Source of the DNA: Calditrichaceae bacterium
GTDB taxonomy: Bacteria > Calditrichota > Calditrichia > Calditrichales > JBFXGD01
Assembly (NCBI GenBank): GCA_050173015.1
Contig: JBFXLE010000003.1
Location: 205,992 to 269,991, forward strand
Direction of reading: 5' to 3'
Length of the DNA stretch: 64,000 bases
The notes beneath the pieces are model-generated. The model had not been told where the DNA came from. It made no database searches and worked only from the letters and a program-made list of their open reading frames with translations. The position numbers were made by a program, and so were the translations under genes. Positions 29,339-38,771 of this stretch are shown here, piece after piece. Each line of letters begins with the position of its first letter. The first letter of the stretch is position 1.

Positions 29339-32300
29339 CTAAATTTTCAAAGTATCATCCTCTGTTTTTGGAAAACCCGTTCGTAAATCTTTTACAAGAC
29401 CGGAATACTTTTTTTCCACCTTGAATCCAAACCGGTAAAAATACTCAGGTCGCAGAAAGGCCGTGGTCACCAGTTCAACATACTCATCCCGCAGCCGGTT
29501 AAAGAATTCATTCATGATACCTTCGCTGATTCCTTTCCTGCGGTAGCGATTCGAAACTACAATTTTTTCCATATAAACTGTTTTTTCATCTATGTAGCTG
29601 TAAAATAGTCCGCCGATGATGTGTCCCCGTTCTGAAACAGACACCAGAAAACGATGTTCCGGCCGGAAGTTCACCGGAAGACTTGCTTCAAGAAACAACT
29701 GATGCAGCCGGGATATTTCTTTTGGTGAAACCGGTCGCCTTACCTGAAAAGGCACCCCGTCATAATCATCCATTCGCACGACTACATCCGCCATTGAACC
29801 GCCGTCGCTAAGAGTGCTCACAAGAATCGCCGAATCTGTCGGCTTTAGATGCGGGTAACTGAGACGTGTTAGGAAGAAGGCCTCTTTTTCATTCAAGGTA
29901 TATTCTTTCTGCACACTCGACAACAGGGATAGCGTCTCTTCTGTGGAGATATGTTTTTTATGTTGCTTTCGTACAATATCCATCATCTCTTCCTTCAACT
30001 GCCCGGAGGAATCGGCAAAAACAGTTTCCAGGAAAAACCGGGTCCGTGTTTCAGGATATTGACGATCCAGTTCCTGAAGTTGGTAAGTATCCGAGAGTTC
30101 ATTAAGTGTCCTCGCCTGCGCGGTAAACGCGGCATCCTTGCTTATATTATACCAGCGGTGGAATCGCTTGATCGCAAAATACAATTTCTTAGGGACAAAT
30201 CCGTTTTTCCTGGTTTGTGTCATGAACTCATTCAGGGAATCGGCGAGATTGTTCATGGGACACGGGATTTCTGAATTTTTTACCTCGCGGTAGATCTTTT
30301 TTAGTAATTTTAACCCGTTTTCTTCCCCCAGCGCGTCAAGTATCCCCGAAAAAACATAATTACAAAATGATTCTCTCTTTATAAAAGGATACTGTTCCTC
30401 GGAAGTTTTAATAAACTGCTCCGAAAAATCATGCAGCAACTCAACGGCGTTCGTGGTTGCGACACGCTCTGCTATGGATATAAACCGCACTCCTGTCTGA
30501 TAATCATGGGAGGGAACAATGATATTATTAATCGATTTATCCGTCAACGCCATTTTATACCCCGTGCGTCTCCAGAAACTAATGTGGGCGGCCATTGCCG
30601 TCCGTATAAAAAACGGCCATAAGTAAAACAATCTTCGATTCATCTCTTCATTCTTCTTACGGATTCCTCTCTGCATTATTTTTCCGACGGAATCTCCGGA
30701 AGCAAACTCTTCGCTCCAGAGGTCATATTCTCTCCAATACCCTCCAAAATCATCCACAAGGCTCAATCCGTCCTTTGCCGCGCCTGCATGTATCAGCCAG
30801 TTCATTTCGGAAAGAATCTGTTCGGTGGGATAATTTTTATTCAGGTTCAGAGTAATATCGTAGCCGCCCTGGTATCTTGTTTGAACGGATACGCGATAAA
30901 CAGATTTCTCGTTTGAACTGCTTAGCTGACTTACCCAAATTCCACCCGGCGGTATATCATATAAACGTATCATGTTTCCGTTTGAGAAAAGAAAAATCGC
31001 TTCTCTCAGGATGGAAGTATTAGTGATGGCATCCAACTGACGCTGTCTGTCTGAGTCGGGTATATCCTGTTCAAATATGATGACGTCCGACCAGCGGTAT
31101 TCTTCACCGGTTTCCACATCAACCGCCACAGTCTGATTACTTCCCAACCAGTCCCGGAAACCATCCAGAAGTTTAATTCTTGCTTGCGAGGCTAATTCTG
31201 AAAGCTGCTGCCAGTCATTCCGAAGCTGATATTTAACGATGAGCTGGCGAACACGTTTGTAACGGGTAGGATGATAAATACCGTAAGTTGCCAGCAACTG
31301 AAACAGGGAAGGCAAAGCGGTTTTTTGCAAATTCGCTTTTTTTGACAATCCGGTTAATTCACTCTTGATAGCCGCGTAAATCGCATTGAGATTCTCATCG
31401 CCTCTGCTTGCTTTTACAATGTCTTCAATCAGTTCATTGTCGATAATTTCCGCATCATCACGAATAAATATCTTCAGAAACCATTCGAAGTTTTTACCTT
31501 TGAAAATCGGCAGGCCAAGTTTGAATAATTGTCTGCGGATCCCGGCATGAATACTAAAATTCGGCCGGGATATTAAATCGAGCGCCAAACTGTAAATCGG
31601 AAGATTTTCATCTTCAAAAATCATGGCAAGATAATCTATTCCGTAAGCAGCCTCTTCAAAATTGCCGGATCGCAAATGTATCGCTGCCAGATTCAGCCCC
31701 ATTAATGATTTTTCCCCGCCGGATAAAACCATGTTCATAAGATCCAGTAAACGGCCGTTCAGGTCAACCGGCCCGGTCGTGGAATAATATTGAACAAGTT
31801 CATTCGAGCCGTCCAGGCGGTACCATTGAAATATGGCATCTCCTGCGAATTCAATCAGCTTTGTATTCCCCAGCCAATAAAGAGGATTGGCGAGGAATAT
31901 CTGAAAATCAATATAATTGCGTTCTATTTTGTAGTTAAAATCACCGATCTGAAGTATTTCAGGACGTCCGTCATTCTGTTTTATTCTAAGTACCTGATCG
32001 TATTTTGGTATAGAAAGCCCATCGGCGGTCGTTTTGATATCACCTTTGAGACACCCTTTTTCTCTCAGGAACCAGTTCGGGACACGTATCTCCGTCTCTC
32101 CCCACAATAAAGATGTATAATTTTTCGTATACATCAAATTGATGATATCATTAAAGTTGTTTTCGATCACACGGCGCTTGTAAGTACCTTTTGGTGTTAA
32201 TTCTCCCTCTTCCGCGGTGAAAGGACGGTCGATAATTCTGAAATCGACAATGCGTTCGTATGGCGCGAGAAATTTATTAACGGTAACGACAACAGAAGAA

Positions 32301-34207
32301 AAGTAAGCCTGCTTTTCGGCTTCATCCATTCCTTTTAAAGCTGTAATTACTTTCTCCTCATCCGGATATATGAGGACAGTGTTGTACTGCCGGTGATCGC
32401 CTACCAAAAACACCTGTTTTATGAATTCAAAATCCCGGAAGTAATTTTCAATTTTCTGCGGCGCGATCGTCTCACCTTTGACATTTTTATAAATTTCTTT
32501 TTTTCGATCGATTATTTCATAAAACTTATTTTCATCCTGTTTCATCACATCACCGGTGGGAAACCAGCCGTCCGTGAAAGCGTCCTCGCCTGATTTTAAT
32601 CCATAATATCCCATCATTACATAAGCGCCTTTGATGAGAAGTTCACCGTCATGTCCCAGTTTCACATCAATTCCCGGAAGCGGCCGGCCAAGAGAATTTG
32701 GAAGATATTGTCCCGGAGGAGTCATGGTGATACCCCCTGTTGCCTCGGTCATTCCAAATCCGCTCATCACTTCAATTCCATATCGCTGGAAGAACTGAAA
32801 TACATCCGGCTCGAGATATCCTGCCGCAGAAAGTCCCCAGGCCAGTTTGCCGCCCGTTGCCTTTTTTACGGCTTTTTTAATTATCTTTTCATCATCAAAT
32901 TCAATATCCGTTTTTTGAGAAATATATTCATATAGCTGATACCATTTTTTGGGAATGCTGATAAATACCGTGGGTTTCAGCCGTTCCATATTATCAAGCA
33001 TGGTTTCCAGCGCGGGATTCTCCATAAATCCATACTCAGCGCCCCAAAAAACAGATCCAAGCATCTCTAGATATCTTCCGAAGGTGTGGAATAGCGGCAA
33101 ATAGGCCAGAAACCGATCCTGATGTCCTATTTTCGGCAATGCCATCGCGCGACAAAATCGTTTATACACCAGATTCATGTTTGAAAACATAATGCCTTTG
33201 GGGTCGCCTGTGGTACCGGACGTGTACATGATTGTGGCAAGCTCATCTATCTTTATGTTTTTTTGAAGGGTCAAATAACTTTGTTCCGGTAAACTGATCC
33301 CCCGCGCCACCATTTCCTGAAAGGTCATCACCCAGTCTTCTATGCTGCTGCCTTCCATGAGAACAACGTTTTTAAGATGCTTAAGATTTTTTCTGACTGA
33401 TTTTACTTTTGCCAGCTGTTTGTCGTTCGCTACAAAAACGACGGATGCTTCTGTTTGATTGAGAATGAATTCCACATGCTGTTCAACTGAATTTGCCGGT
33501 ATCATTATATTTACGATCCCGGTTGTCAGGCAGGCTAGATCAAGAAGAGCCATATTCAGGCTGTTTTCCATCAGAAATGCTACTTTGCCGGGTTTATCAC
33601 CATTCTGAAGCGCCAGTTTCGCCAGACCAAACGAGTACCTCTTTACAAGCTCATCAATCTGATTCCATGAATAATCTGTCTCAGTATTGCCATGAAACAC
33701 CTTAAAAAGAACTTTTTTATTGTATTCCTTCACCCGCTGCCTGAACATCGCGGCCACATTAAAATTACTGATCACAATCAGTTTATGAATAAGAAATTCC
33801 CATTTTTTTTGTTCATAAATCTTGATCAGAAATTCTGACTGACGAAAAACATCAAGATAACTGTGAATTAATTTACAGGCCGCCGTCTGCCGGTCATAGT
33901 CCCTTTCTGAAACAATGCTTATCAGATATTCGCCAAACCGGTAATAGATGTCGGAATCCAGTTTTTGCGCCAACAGGACAATCATTTCATTGAGTCCGGC
34001 TGATTCAAAGATTTCGTTCCAGGTATGTATTAGCTCCGGATACTGTTTAAACAGATCTGCTTCCACCACCTGATTAACTGAATCATTTATGGATTTACCA
34101 AAACTTCGCCTGTTCTCCGCCGGCAAAGCATCAACGCCCGCCTGCACCGTCTCATTAATAAAATTGGCGTGACTCATTATTACCGCTTTATTTTCTCTTG
34201 TAGCCAT
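29339..34207 (-). CDS. Long-chain acyl-CoA synthetase-like AMP-binding protein fused to a large central region and a C-terminal GNAT domain
   Basis: IMYTSGTTGDPKG, YLPLFH, GFGMTE, GELLIKG, WFPTGD, IIDRKKE, IAPQKIE; C-terminal YMEKIVVSNRYRRKGIS...FYRFGF (GNAT motifs A and B). Confidence 0.85.
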   Translation of the reverse strand: MATRENKAVIMSHANFINETVQAGVDALPAENRRSFGKSINDSVNQVVEADLFKQYPELIHTWNEIFESAGLNEMIVLLAQKLDSDIYYRFGEYLISIVSERDYDRQTAACKLIHSYLDVFRQSEFLIKIYEQKKWEFLIHKLIVISNFNVAAMFRQRVKEYNKKVLFKVFHGNTETDYSWNQIDELVKRYSFGLAKLALQNGDKPGKVAFLMENSLNMALLDLACLTTGIVNIMIPANSVEQHVEFILNQTEASVVFVANDKQLAKVKSVRKNLKHLKNVVLMEGSSIEDWVMTFQEMVARGISLPEQSYLTLQKNIKIDELATIMYTSGTTGDPKGIMFSNMNLVYKRFCRAMALPKIGHQDRFLAYLPLFHTFGRYLEMLGSVFWGAEYGFMENPALETMLDNMERLKPTVFISIPKKWYQLYEYISQKTDIEFDDEKIIKKAVKKATGGKLAWGLSAAGYLEPDVFQFFQRYGIEVMSGFGMTEATGGITMTPPGQYLPNSLGRPLPGIDVKLGHDGELLIKGAYVMMGYYGLKSGEDAFTDGWFPTGDVMKQDENKFYEIIDRKKEIYKNVKGETIAPQKIENYFRDFEFIKQVFLVGDHRQYNTVLIYPDEEKVITALKGMDEAEKQAYFSSVVVTVNKFLAPYERIVDFRIIDRPFTAEEGELTPKGTYKRRVIENNFNDIINLMYTKNYTSLLWGETEIRVPNWFLREKGCLKGDIKTTADGLSIPKYDQVLRIKQNDGRPEILQIGDFNYKIERNYIDFQIFLANPLYWLGNTKLIEFAGDAIFQWYRLDGSNELVQYYSTTGPVDLNGRLLDLMNMVLSGGEKSLMGLNLAAIHLRSGNFEEAAYGIDYLAMIFEDENLPIYSLALDLISRPNFSIHAGIRRQLFKLGLPIFKGKNFEWFLKIFIRDDAEIIDNELIEDIVKASRGDENLNAIYAAIKSELTGLSKKANLQKTALPSLFQLLATYGIYHPTRYKRVRQLIVKYQLRNDWQQLSELASQARIKLLDGFRDWLGSNQTVAVDVETGEEYRWSDVIIFEQDIPDSDRQRQLDAITNTSILREAIFLFSNGNMIRLYDIPPGGIWVSQLSSSNEKSVYRVSVQTRYQGGYDITLNLNKNYPTEQILSEMNWLIHAGAAKDGLSLVDDFGGYWREYDLWSEEFASGDSVGKIMQRGIRKKNEEMNRRLFYLWPFFIRTAMAAHISFWRRTGYKMALTDKSINNIIVPSHDYQTGVRFISIAERVATTNAVELLHDFSEQFIKTSEEQYPFIKRESFCNYVFSGILDALGEENGLKLLKKIYREVKNSEIPCPMNNLADSLNEFMTQTRKNGFVPKKLYFAIKRFHRWYNISKDAAFTAQARTLNELSDTYQLQELDRQYPETRTRFFLETVFADSSGQLKEEMMDIVRKQHKKHISTEETLSLLSSVQKEYTLNEKEAFFLTRLSYPHLKPTDSAILVSTLSDGGSMADVVVRMDDYDGVPFQVRRPVSPKEISRLHQLFLEASLPVNFRPEHRFLVSVSERGHIIGGLFYSYIDEKTVYMEKIVVSNRYRRKGISEGIMNEFFNRLRDEYVELVTTAFLRPEYFYRFGFKVEKKYSGLVKDLRTGFPKTEDDTLKI

Positions 34208-34289
34208 AAAACCAGACCCTTCTGTTTTTGAAGGAAAAATACTGAAATTCAGGAAAAAAACTTATATTGAAATTAAGAATAAACTAAGC

Positions 34290-34326
34290 AAAAAAAAACG
34301 GGATTGAAATAATTCAACCCCGTTTT
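34290..34326 (-). terminator. Rho-independent terminator after the DUF4097 gene
   Basis: Minus strand reads AAAACGGGGTTGAA-TTAT-TTCAATCCCGTTTT followed by a T run. Confidence 0.8.
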
Positions 34327-34348
34327 CCGGTGTTATTTGGTTTGGTAG

Positions 34349-35152
34349 CTATTTTTTATACAATTTTATGCTTCCGTTAGTTGTTTTTAAATATATCTGC
34401 GCCCCACCCTCGTTAATCATTCCGGACACCATTCTCTTTGATTCACTGTAATATTCGGTGACAGGAAGCTCGCAATCGATACTCCCGTTCGTGGTCTGAG
34501 CCTTGAAGTCAGCATTCAGGTTCTCAGGAAGATAGATCTTAATCGAACCATTGGTGGAGTTGAAGGTCATATCGTCATCCGGATAGACTTTTTCGAAAGA
34601 CGCGTTGATTTTGCCGTTAGTCGTCTTACCTCGAACCAATCCGCTCACATCATCAGCTTGTATATTCCCGTTGGTCGTCTCCAGTCTTAACCGCCCTTCA
34701 CAGCCGTCCAGATTTATTGAGCCGTTCGTTGAATGAATATTCAAATCCATTTTTTCCGGTACATTTATCTCATAATTAACGGAATAATTGTTATCCCCGC
34801 CGCTTAAAAGCCAGGAAAAAAACCCACTGCCACCATGTTTTTTGTGGGGTTGACTGGTGATAATCTCAACCTTACTCCCGGTCTGAAGAATATCAATCTC
34901 CAATTCTTTCATCATCTCGCGTGCTTTATCCATATTGGATGAACGTACTTTTTTATAGGCAATGATTTCAATTTCATTTTTATCCCATGACCGGATATCG
35001 ATACTACCATTCGTATTTTCAAGAATAAGGAGTTCTTTTCCTTCAGACGGAATCCTTTTTTTGAATGTCTCCTCCAGTGTCGCCGCGTGGAGCAAAGATG
35101 TCAATAAAATAATATTCAAGACAAAGAACAGGATAATCGTTGATCGTTTCAT
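34349..35152 (-). CDS. DUF4097-family beta-strand-repeat protein
   Basis: Signal peptide; repeated xTTNGSI/STNGSI units. Confidence 0.85.
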   Translation of the reverse strand: MKRSTIILFFVLNIILLTSLLHAATLEETFKKRIPSEGKELLILENTNGSIDIRSWDKNEIEIIAYKKVRSSNMDKAREMMKELEIDILQTGSKVEIITSQPHKKHGGSGFFSWLLSGGDNNYSVNYEINVPEKMDLNIHSTNGSINLDGCEGRLRLETTNGNIQADDVSGLVRGKTTNGKINASFEKVYPDDDMTFNSTNGSIKIYLPENLNADFKAQTTNGSIDCELPVTEYYSESKRMVSGMINEGGAQIYLKTTNGSIKLYKK

Positions 35153-35170
35153 GACACACTCCTGATTTAT

Positions 35171-36931
35171 TTATTTATCAAGACGGAAAATGGTAATACC
35201 CCAACTCGTAGGATCGTGAGGTTGAGTTGCATTCCAGTTGTAATAGGAATGACTGTCATCAGAACGGAAGTGAACGCGATAGGTACCGGAATCTAAATTA
35301 ATCACAGTATCAACCTTTCTGTTCTTTTTTGAGCCTCCGGCGTTTTCAGTATCCCTGTATCGCATTTTCCATACGGTATCGCCTGTATTTACATCCTCAA
35401 TCCATCCGTAATCGTACATCTCATCCCAATCACCTTCACCGATCGCATAAATACGCACCCGCGACTTCTTTTTGATCGTAAACTGTTTTTTTACATGTTC
35501 ATCATCACCAATCCTGGTGAGTTCAGCCAGAATATTATCATTCTTTGTCGTAAAAGTGTCTATACGTTCTGCTGCCTTGTTATCCGCTACAGGGTAAATG
35601 GCGACTCCCCAGGATTCGGCATCTATGGGTGGACTGGTATTCCAGTCTTCGTAGGAATGTGAATCGTCACTCTGATAGTGAAGCATATACTCACCCGGAC
35701 TCAGCTCAACAACCTGATCCAACATCCTGTTTTTACTGGCGCCACCGGCCGCGATAGTATCTTTGAATCGCATTTTCCAGATAATTTGCCCGGTTTTAAC
35801 GTCTGTGATCCACCCATAATCAAACATTTCTCCGTCTCGGCCTTCTCCAAGAGCATAAATTCTGAAATTTGATTTTCTGTTTACCCTGAAGCCTTCTTCG
35901 TGATAATCATTATCACGCACTCTTGAAATTCTGACGATTGCGTTTTTTTCAGACTCTTCAAATTTTTTCACGGCAGCGCGGTCAAAATCCGGATTCTCGG
36001 GTTGAATCGAAAGACCCCAGAAATAAGGATCATAGGGTGGATTCGCGTTCCAGCGCGCGTCGGAATGATTATCATCAGATTTATAATAGACGATATAGTT
36101 TCCGGGGGCAAGACTGATCTTCTTTTCAAATACCAGATTTTTCACCGCCCCCCCGGCATACTCTGAATCCTGTTCCCTCATTTCCCAGATTTTTTCCCTT
36201 GTTTTCGCGTCCACAATCCACCCAAAATCGTACATCTCCCCTTTAAAACCTTCCCCTAACCCGTAAACAACAACATTTAACTGTTTTGTTAATGTGAATC
36301 CCCTGCTCTCATAGGCGCGATCCCCGATATCCGTCAAACTGATGATTGCCGATTCTTTGAGAGCCTTTTGATATTTTCTGACCGCTTGTTCATTTAATAC
36401 GGCATCTACCCCGCTCACCTGAACCAGCCATTTATTTGAATGATCTTCCCACCAGGTATCGGATCCGAAAATTTTATCCATCAGGCGTCCGAAACTCAAA
36501 AAACCATCCCCAAAACTAAAATATGTTGGTTCTACGGCGGCGAAATAAAGCTCATATTCACCGGCCGGCAATTTGACTTCACCTCTGAATTCCCTGTTCC
36601 ATTTGTCCCACCAGTCCGTTTTTGAATTATCCTGAGTCATGCGCCAGACCATTTTTCTGGTTTTCGCGTCAATGATCCATGCATAAGCAAAAAGATTAAA
36701 CTTATCTTCCTGGAAACTATGAATTCTTTTAATCGTCTTATCGGCTCCGGCTCCAATCGCGTGTATTTTTAGGGTCCGGGGAGAATTAAGCGTAAATCCC
36801 GCCAGATTTACCTGTCCTTTATCCTTGTCAAAATCTTTTAACTCAACCGACTGATTTTGGGCAGTCAGTTGAGGCGTAGCCAACGCAATGACCAGCAAAC
36901 CAGTGAATATTATAATGAAATTCTTGTTCAT
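35171..36931 (-). CDS. Secreted protein with four tandem domains of roughly 130 aa, function unknown
   Basis: Signal peptide; four copies of (Y/F)(A/G)WIxDxxTxxxxWxM; copies 2-4 also carry AGG..KN and YxSDDxHS...WN...P.D...WG. Confidence 0.8.
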   Translation of the reverse strand: MNKNFIIIFTGLLVIALATPQLTAQNQSVELKDFDKDKGQVNLAGFTLNSPRTLKIHAIGAGADKTIKRIHSFQEDKFNLFAYAWIIDAKTRKMVWRMTQDNSKTDWWDKWNREFRGEVKLPAGEYELYFAAVEPTYFSFGDGFLSFGRLMDKIFGSDTWWEDHSNKWLVQVSGVDAVLNEQAVRKYQKALKESAIISLTDIGDRAYESRGFTLTKQLNVVVYGLGEGFKGEMYDFGWIVDAKTREKIWEMREQDSEYAGGAVKNLVFEKKISLAPGNYIVYYKSDDNHSDARWNANPPYDPYFWGLSIQPENPDFDRAAVKKFEESEKNAIVRISRVRDNDYHEEGFRVNRKSNFRIYALGEGRDGEMFDYGWITDVKTGQIIWKMRFKDTIAAGGASKNRMLDQVVELSPGEYMLHYQSDDSHSYEDWNTSPPIDAESWGVAIYPVADNKAAERIDTFTTKNDNILAELTRIGDDEHVKKQFTIKKKSRVRIYAIGEGDWDEMYDYGWIEDVNTGDTVWKMRYRDTENAGGSKKNRKVDTVINLDSGTYRVHFRSDDSHSYYNWNATQPHDPTSWGITIFRLDK

Positions 36932-36946
36932 AAAGTCCCATCCTTG

Positions 36947-38539
36947 TTAAAATGGCTTTGTCAATCTGAATATGACCTCGATGGGCTCATTGTTCGTATC
37001 CAGTCTCTTCGCGAAGCTCAAACGGTATTCACCGGACCAGCTCGTAAGCGCTAAACCTATATCAGATTTTATATTGTTTATCGTGAGATTTGAGAATCCT
37101 TCATACCATTTATCATCTTCCGGATTATTCACAAACCACGCCTTACCCATGTCAAAGAAAAGAATGTACCGCATCCTGTCTAAAAACAGTAAATTTGCCG
37201 ATACTGTTTTCGGGCTGATATTGTATTCAAAATTGGCAAGTACCATCCGGTCACCCGCGTATTCCTTATGATCAAAACCGCGCAATGTGCTTAATCCGCC
37301 GATCTCATACCACTTCTGTACCGGCAATTCGCCTTCCGATGACCCAATTTTCAGACGCATATCAAGCCGTTCATTGCCACCAAATTTTTGATAACGCCGC
37401 AGTTCAAAAATATACTGATTAAAATAGAAATCACTTTCCAGATCAGAATTTGACATTTCCATTGAAACCAAACCATACCAGCCGCGCCGAGGAAGTTTTT
37501 TGTTATCACGTGTGTCCAGATACAGTTCTCCGTAAATACTTCTCATGTTGCCTTCATTTATGAGAGGATTGGGCTGAAAATCTTTGTCCCCGCCAAAAAG
37601 GGCCCAGTTCGTATTTCTTTTAACGGATTCATAATCATCATTACGATAGGCCAGCGTACCCTTAAAAAAAATGGAGATATTTTGACTCATATGAAATTCA
37701 TAACCCGTGCGTCGAAAATAATCCTGGAAATCTTCATGTATCAGGAAAGACGCGAGACTGTTTTCCATTGGGGTGATCAGCCAGTCATCTTTTGTATCAG
37801 TCAAATCATGCACCTTGGCGCCAATTTCAAAACGGTAATCTTTTTGGTTGATCAGCCAGCGGTCCACTCCGATTTCGTAACGCCATTTTTTTTCTTTAAA
37901 ACCATATCCTCCAAATCCGTGCATGGAAAAATATCTGTTTTTACCACTGATCTTTTTGGGAACTCCTAGTCCCAGGAAAACGCCCTGAACTCGATTATAC
38001 CGCAGGATGAACTCATCATCCCAGCCTCCTAAAGGCAACGTACTGTATGAACCGTAAAATCGCCTCGACCAGTTCCAGTCCCACCAGTCATCATTACCCA
38101 CATCATACTCATCATCCCATTCAGTGCGGGGGAAAAGATTTTTTGCCCGGGTTTCGACCTGATTACCGGTAATCGTACTCTTTTCATCTTGATAAATACG
38201 GCCGTTTATGCTGGTCACATTCCCGTAGATTCTTCCTGTCTGACCGGTTCGCACATCCCCCAGAATCACAACCACATCGCCGTTGACCTGACCGTTTACG
38301 GATAAATTGCCCTTTACGACCACTACATTTCCGTCAATAGTGTCGTCTTCTGCGATAACCTTGTCGTCTGTATAGCGGTATTCGTCTCTTGTTTCATCGC
38401 TTAAATACTTCTCTTTTGCCCGTTTTTCAACTTTGTTAATATTTGGAATATCTTCATCGAAATCCTGTGTATAGCCGGTCCCATAACAGAAAAAAACCAC
38501 TGCAGTTAATAAAAAAAGTCTTTTGGTTACAAAAAACAT
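36947..38539 (-). CDS. Omp85/BamA-TamA-like barrel with an N-terminal bactofilin-like beta-helix
   Basis: GGAGG RBS before ATG 38539; IDGNVVVVKGNLSVNGQVNGDVVVILGDV repeat; RYNRVQG, DTRD....P.RGW, IGGLSTLRGF, LFFDMG.AW; C-terminal F. Confidence 0.75.
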   Translation of the reverse strand: MFFVTKRLFLLTAVVFFCYGTGYTQDFDEDIPNINKVEKRAKEKYLSDETRDEYRYTDDKVIAEDDTIDGNVVVVKGNLSVNGQVNGDVVVILGDVRTGQTGRIYGNVTSINGRIYQDEKSTITGNQVETRAKNLFPRTEWDDEYDVGNDDWWDWNWSRRFYGSYSTLPLGGWDDEFILRYNRVQGVFLGLGVPKKISGKNRYFSMHGFGGYGFKEKKWRYEIGVDRWLINQKDYRFEIGAKVHDLTDTKDDWLITPMENSLASFLIHEDFQDYFRRTGYEFHMSQNISIFFKGTLAYRNDDYESVKRNTNWALFGGDKDFQPNPLINEGNMRSIYGELYLDTRDNKKLPRRGWYGLVSMEMSNSDLESDFYFNQYIFELRRYQKFGGNERLDMRLKIGSSEGELPVQKWYEIGGLSTLRGFDHKEYAGDRMVLANFEYNISPKTVSANLLFLDRMRYILFFDMGKAWFVNNPEDDKWYEGFSNLTINNIKSDIGLALTSWSGEYRLSFAKRLDTNNEPIEVIFRLTKPF

Positions 38540-38588
38540 ATCTGCCTCCACAAAGATTGCGATATGGGTATTTTATTTCGTATAAGTT

Positions 38589-38614
38589 TACGCATGTTCA
38601 TATAAAAAGTTACA
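38589..38614 (-). promoter_or_regulatory. ECF (sigmaW-like) promoter for the Omp85/four-repeat/DUF4097 operon
   Basis: Minus strand TGTAAC-N16-CGTA, 50 nt upstream of the start; the B. subtilis sigmaW consensus is TGAAAC-N16-CGTA. Confidence 0.6.
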
Positions 38615-38771
38615 TTCACCTCCATTAATATGTACTTTTTACAAAATCGTGTGTGTGAATTTTGTGAATTGTTTTGATTTTCTTTTAAACCGCGTCATTT
38701 TTATTTTTTATCAATCAATAAAAAACCTATTTTTAGAAATTCTAAAAAAATGCAAATCGTTAAAGGGAAGC

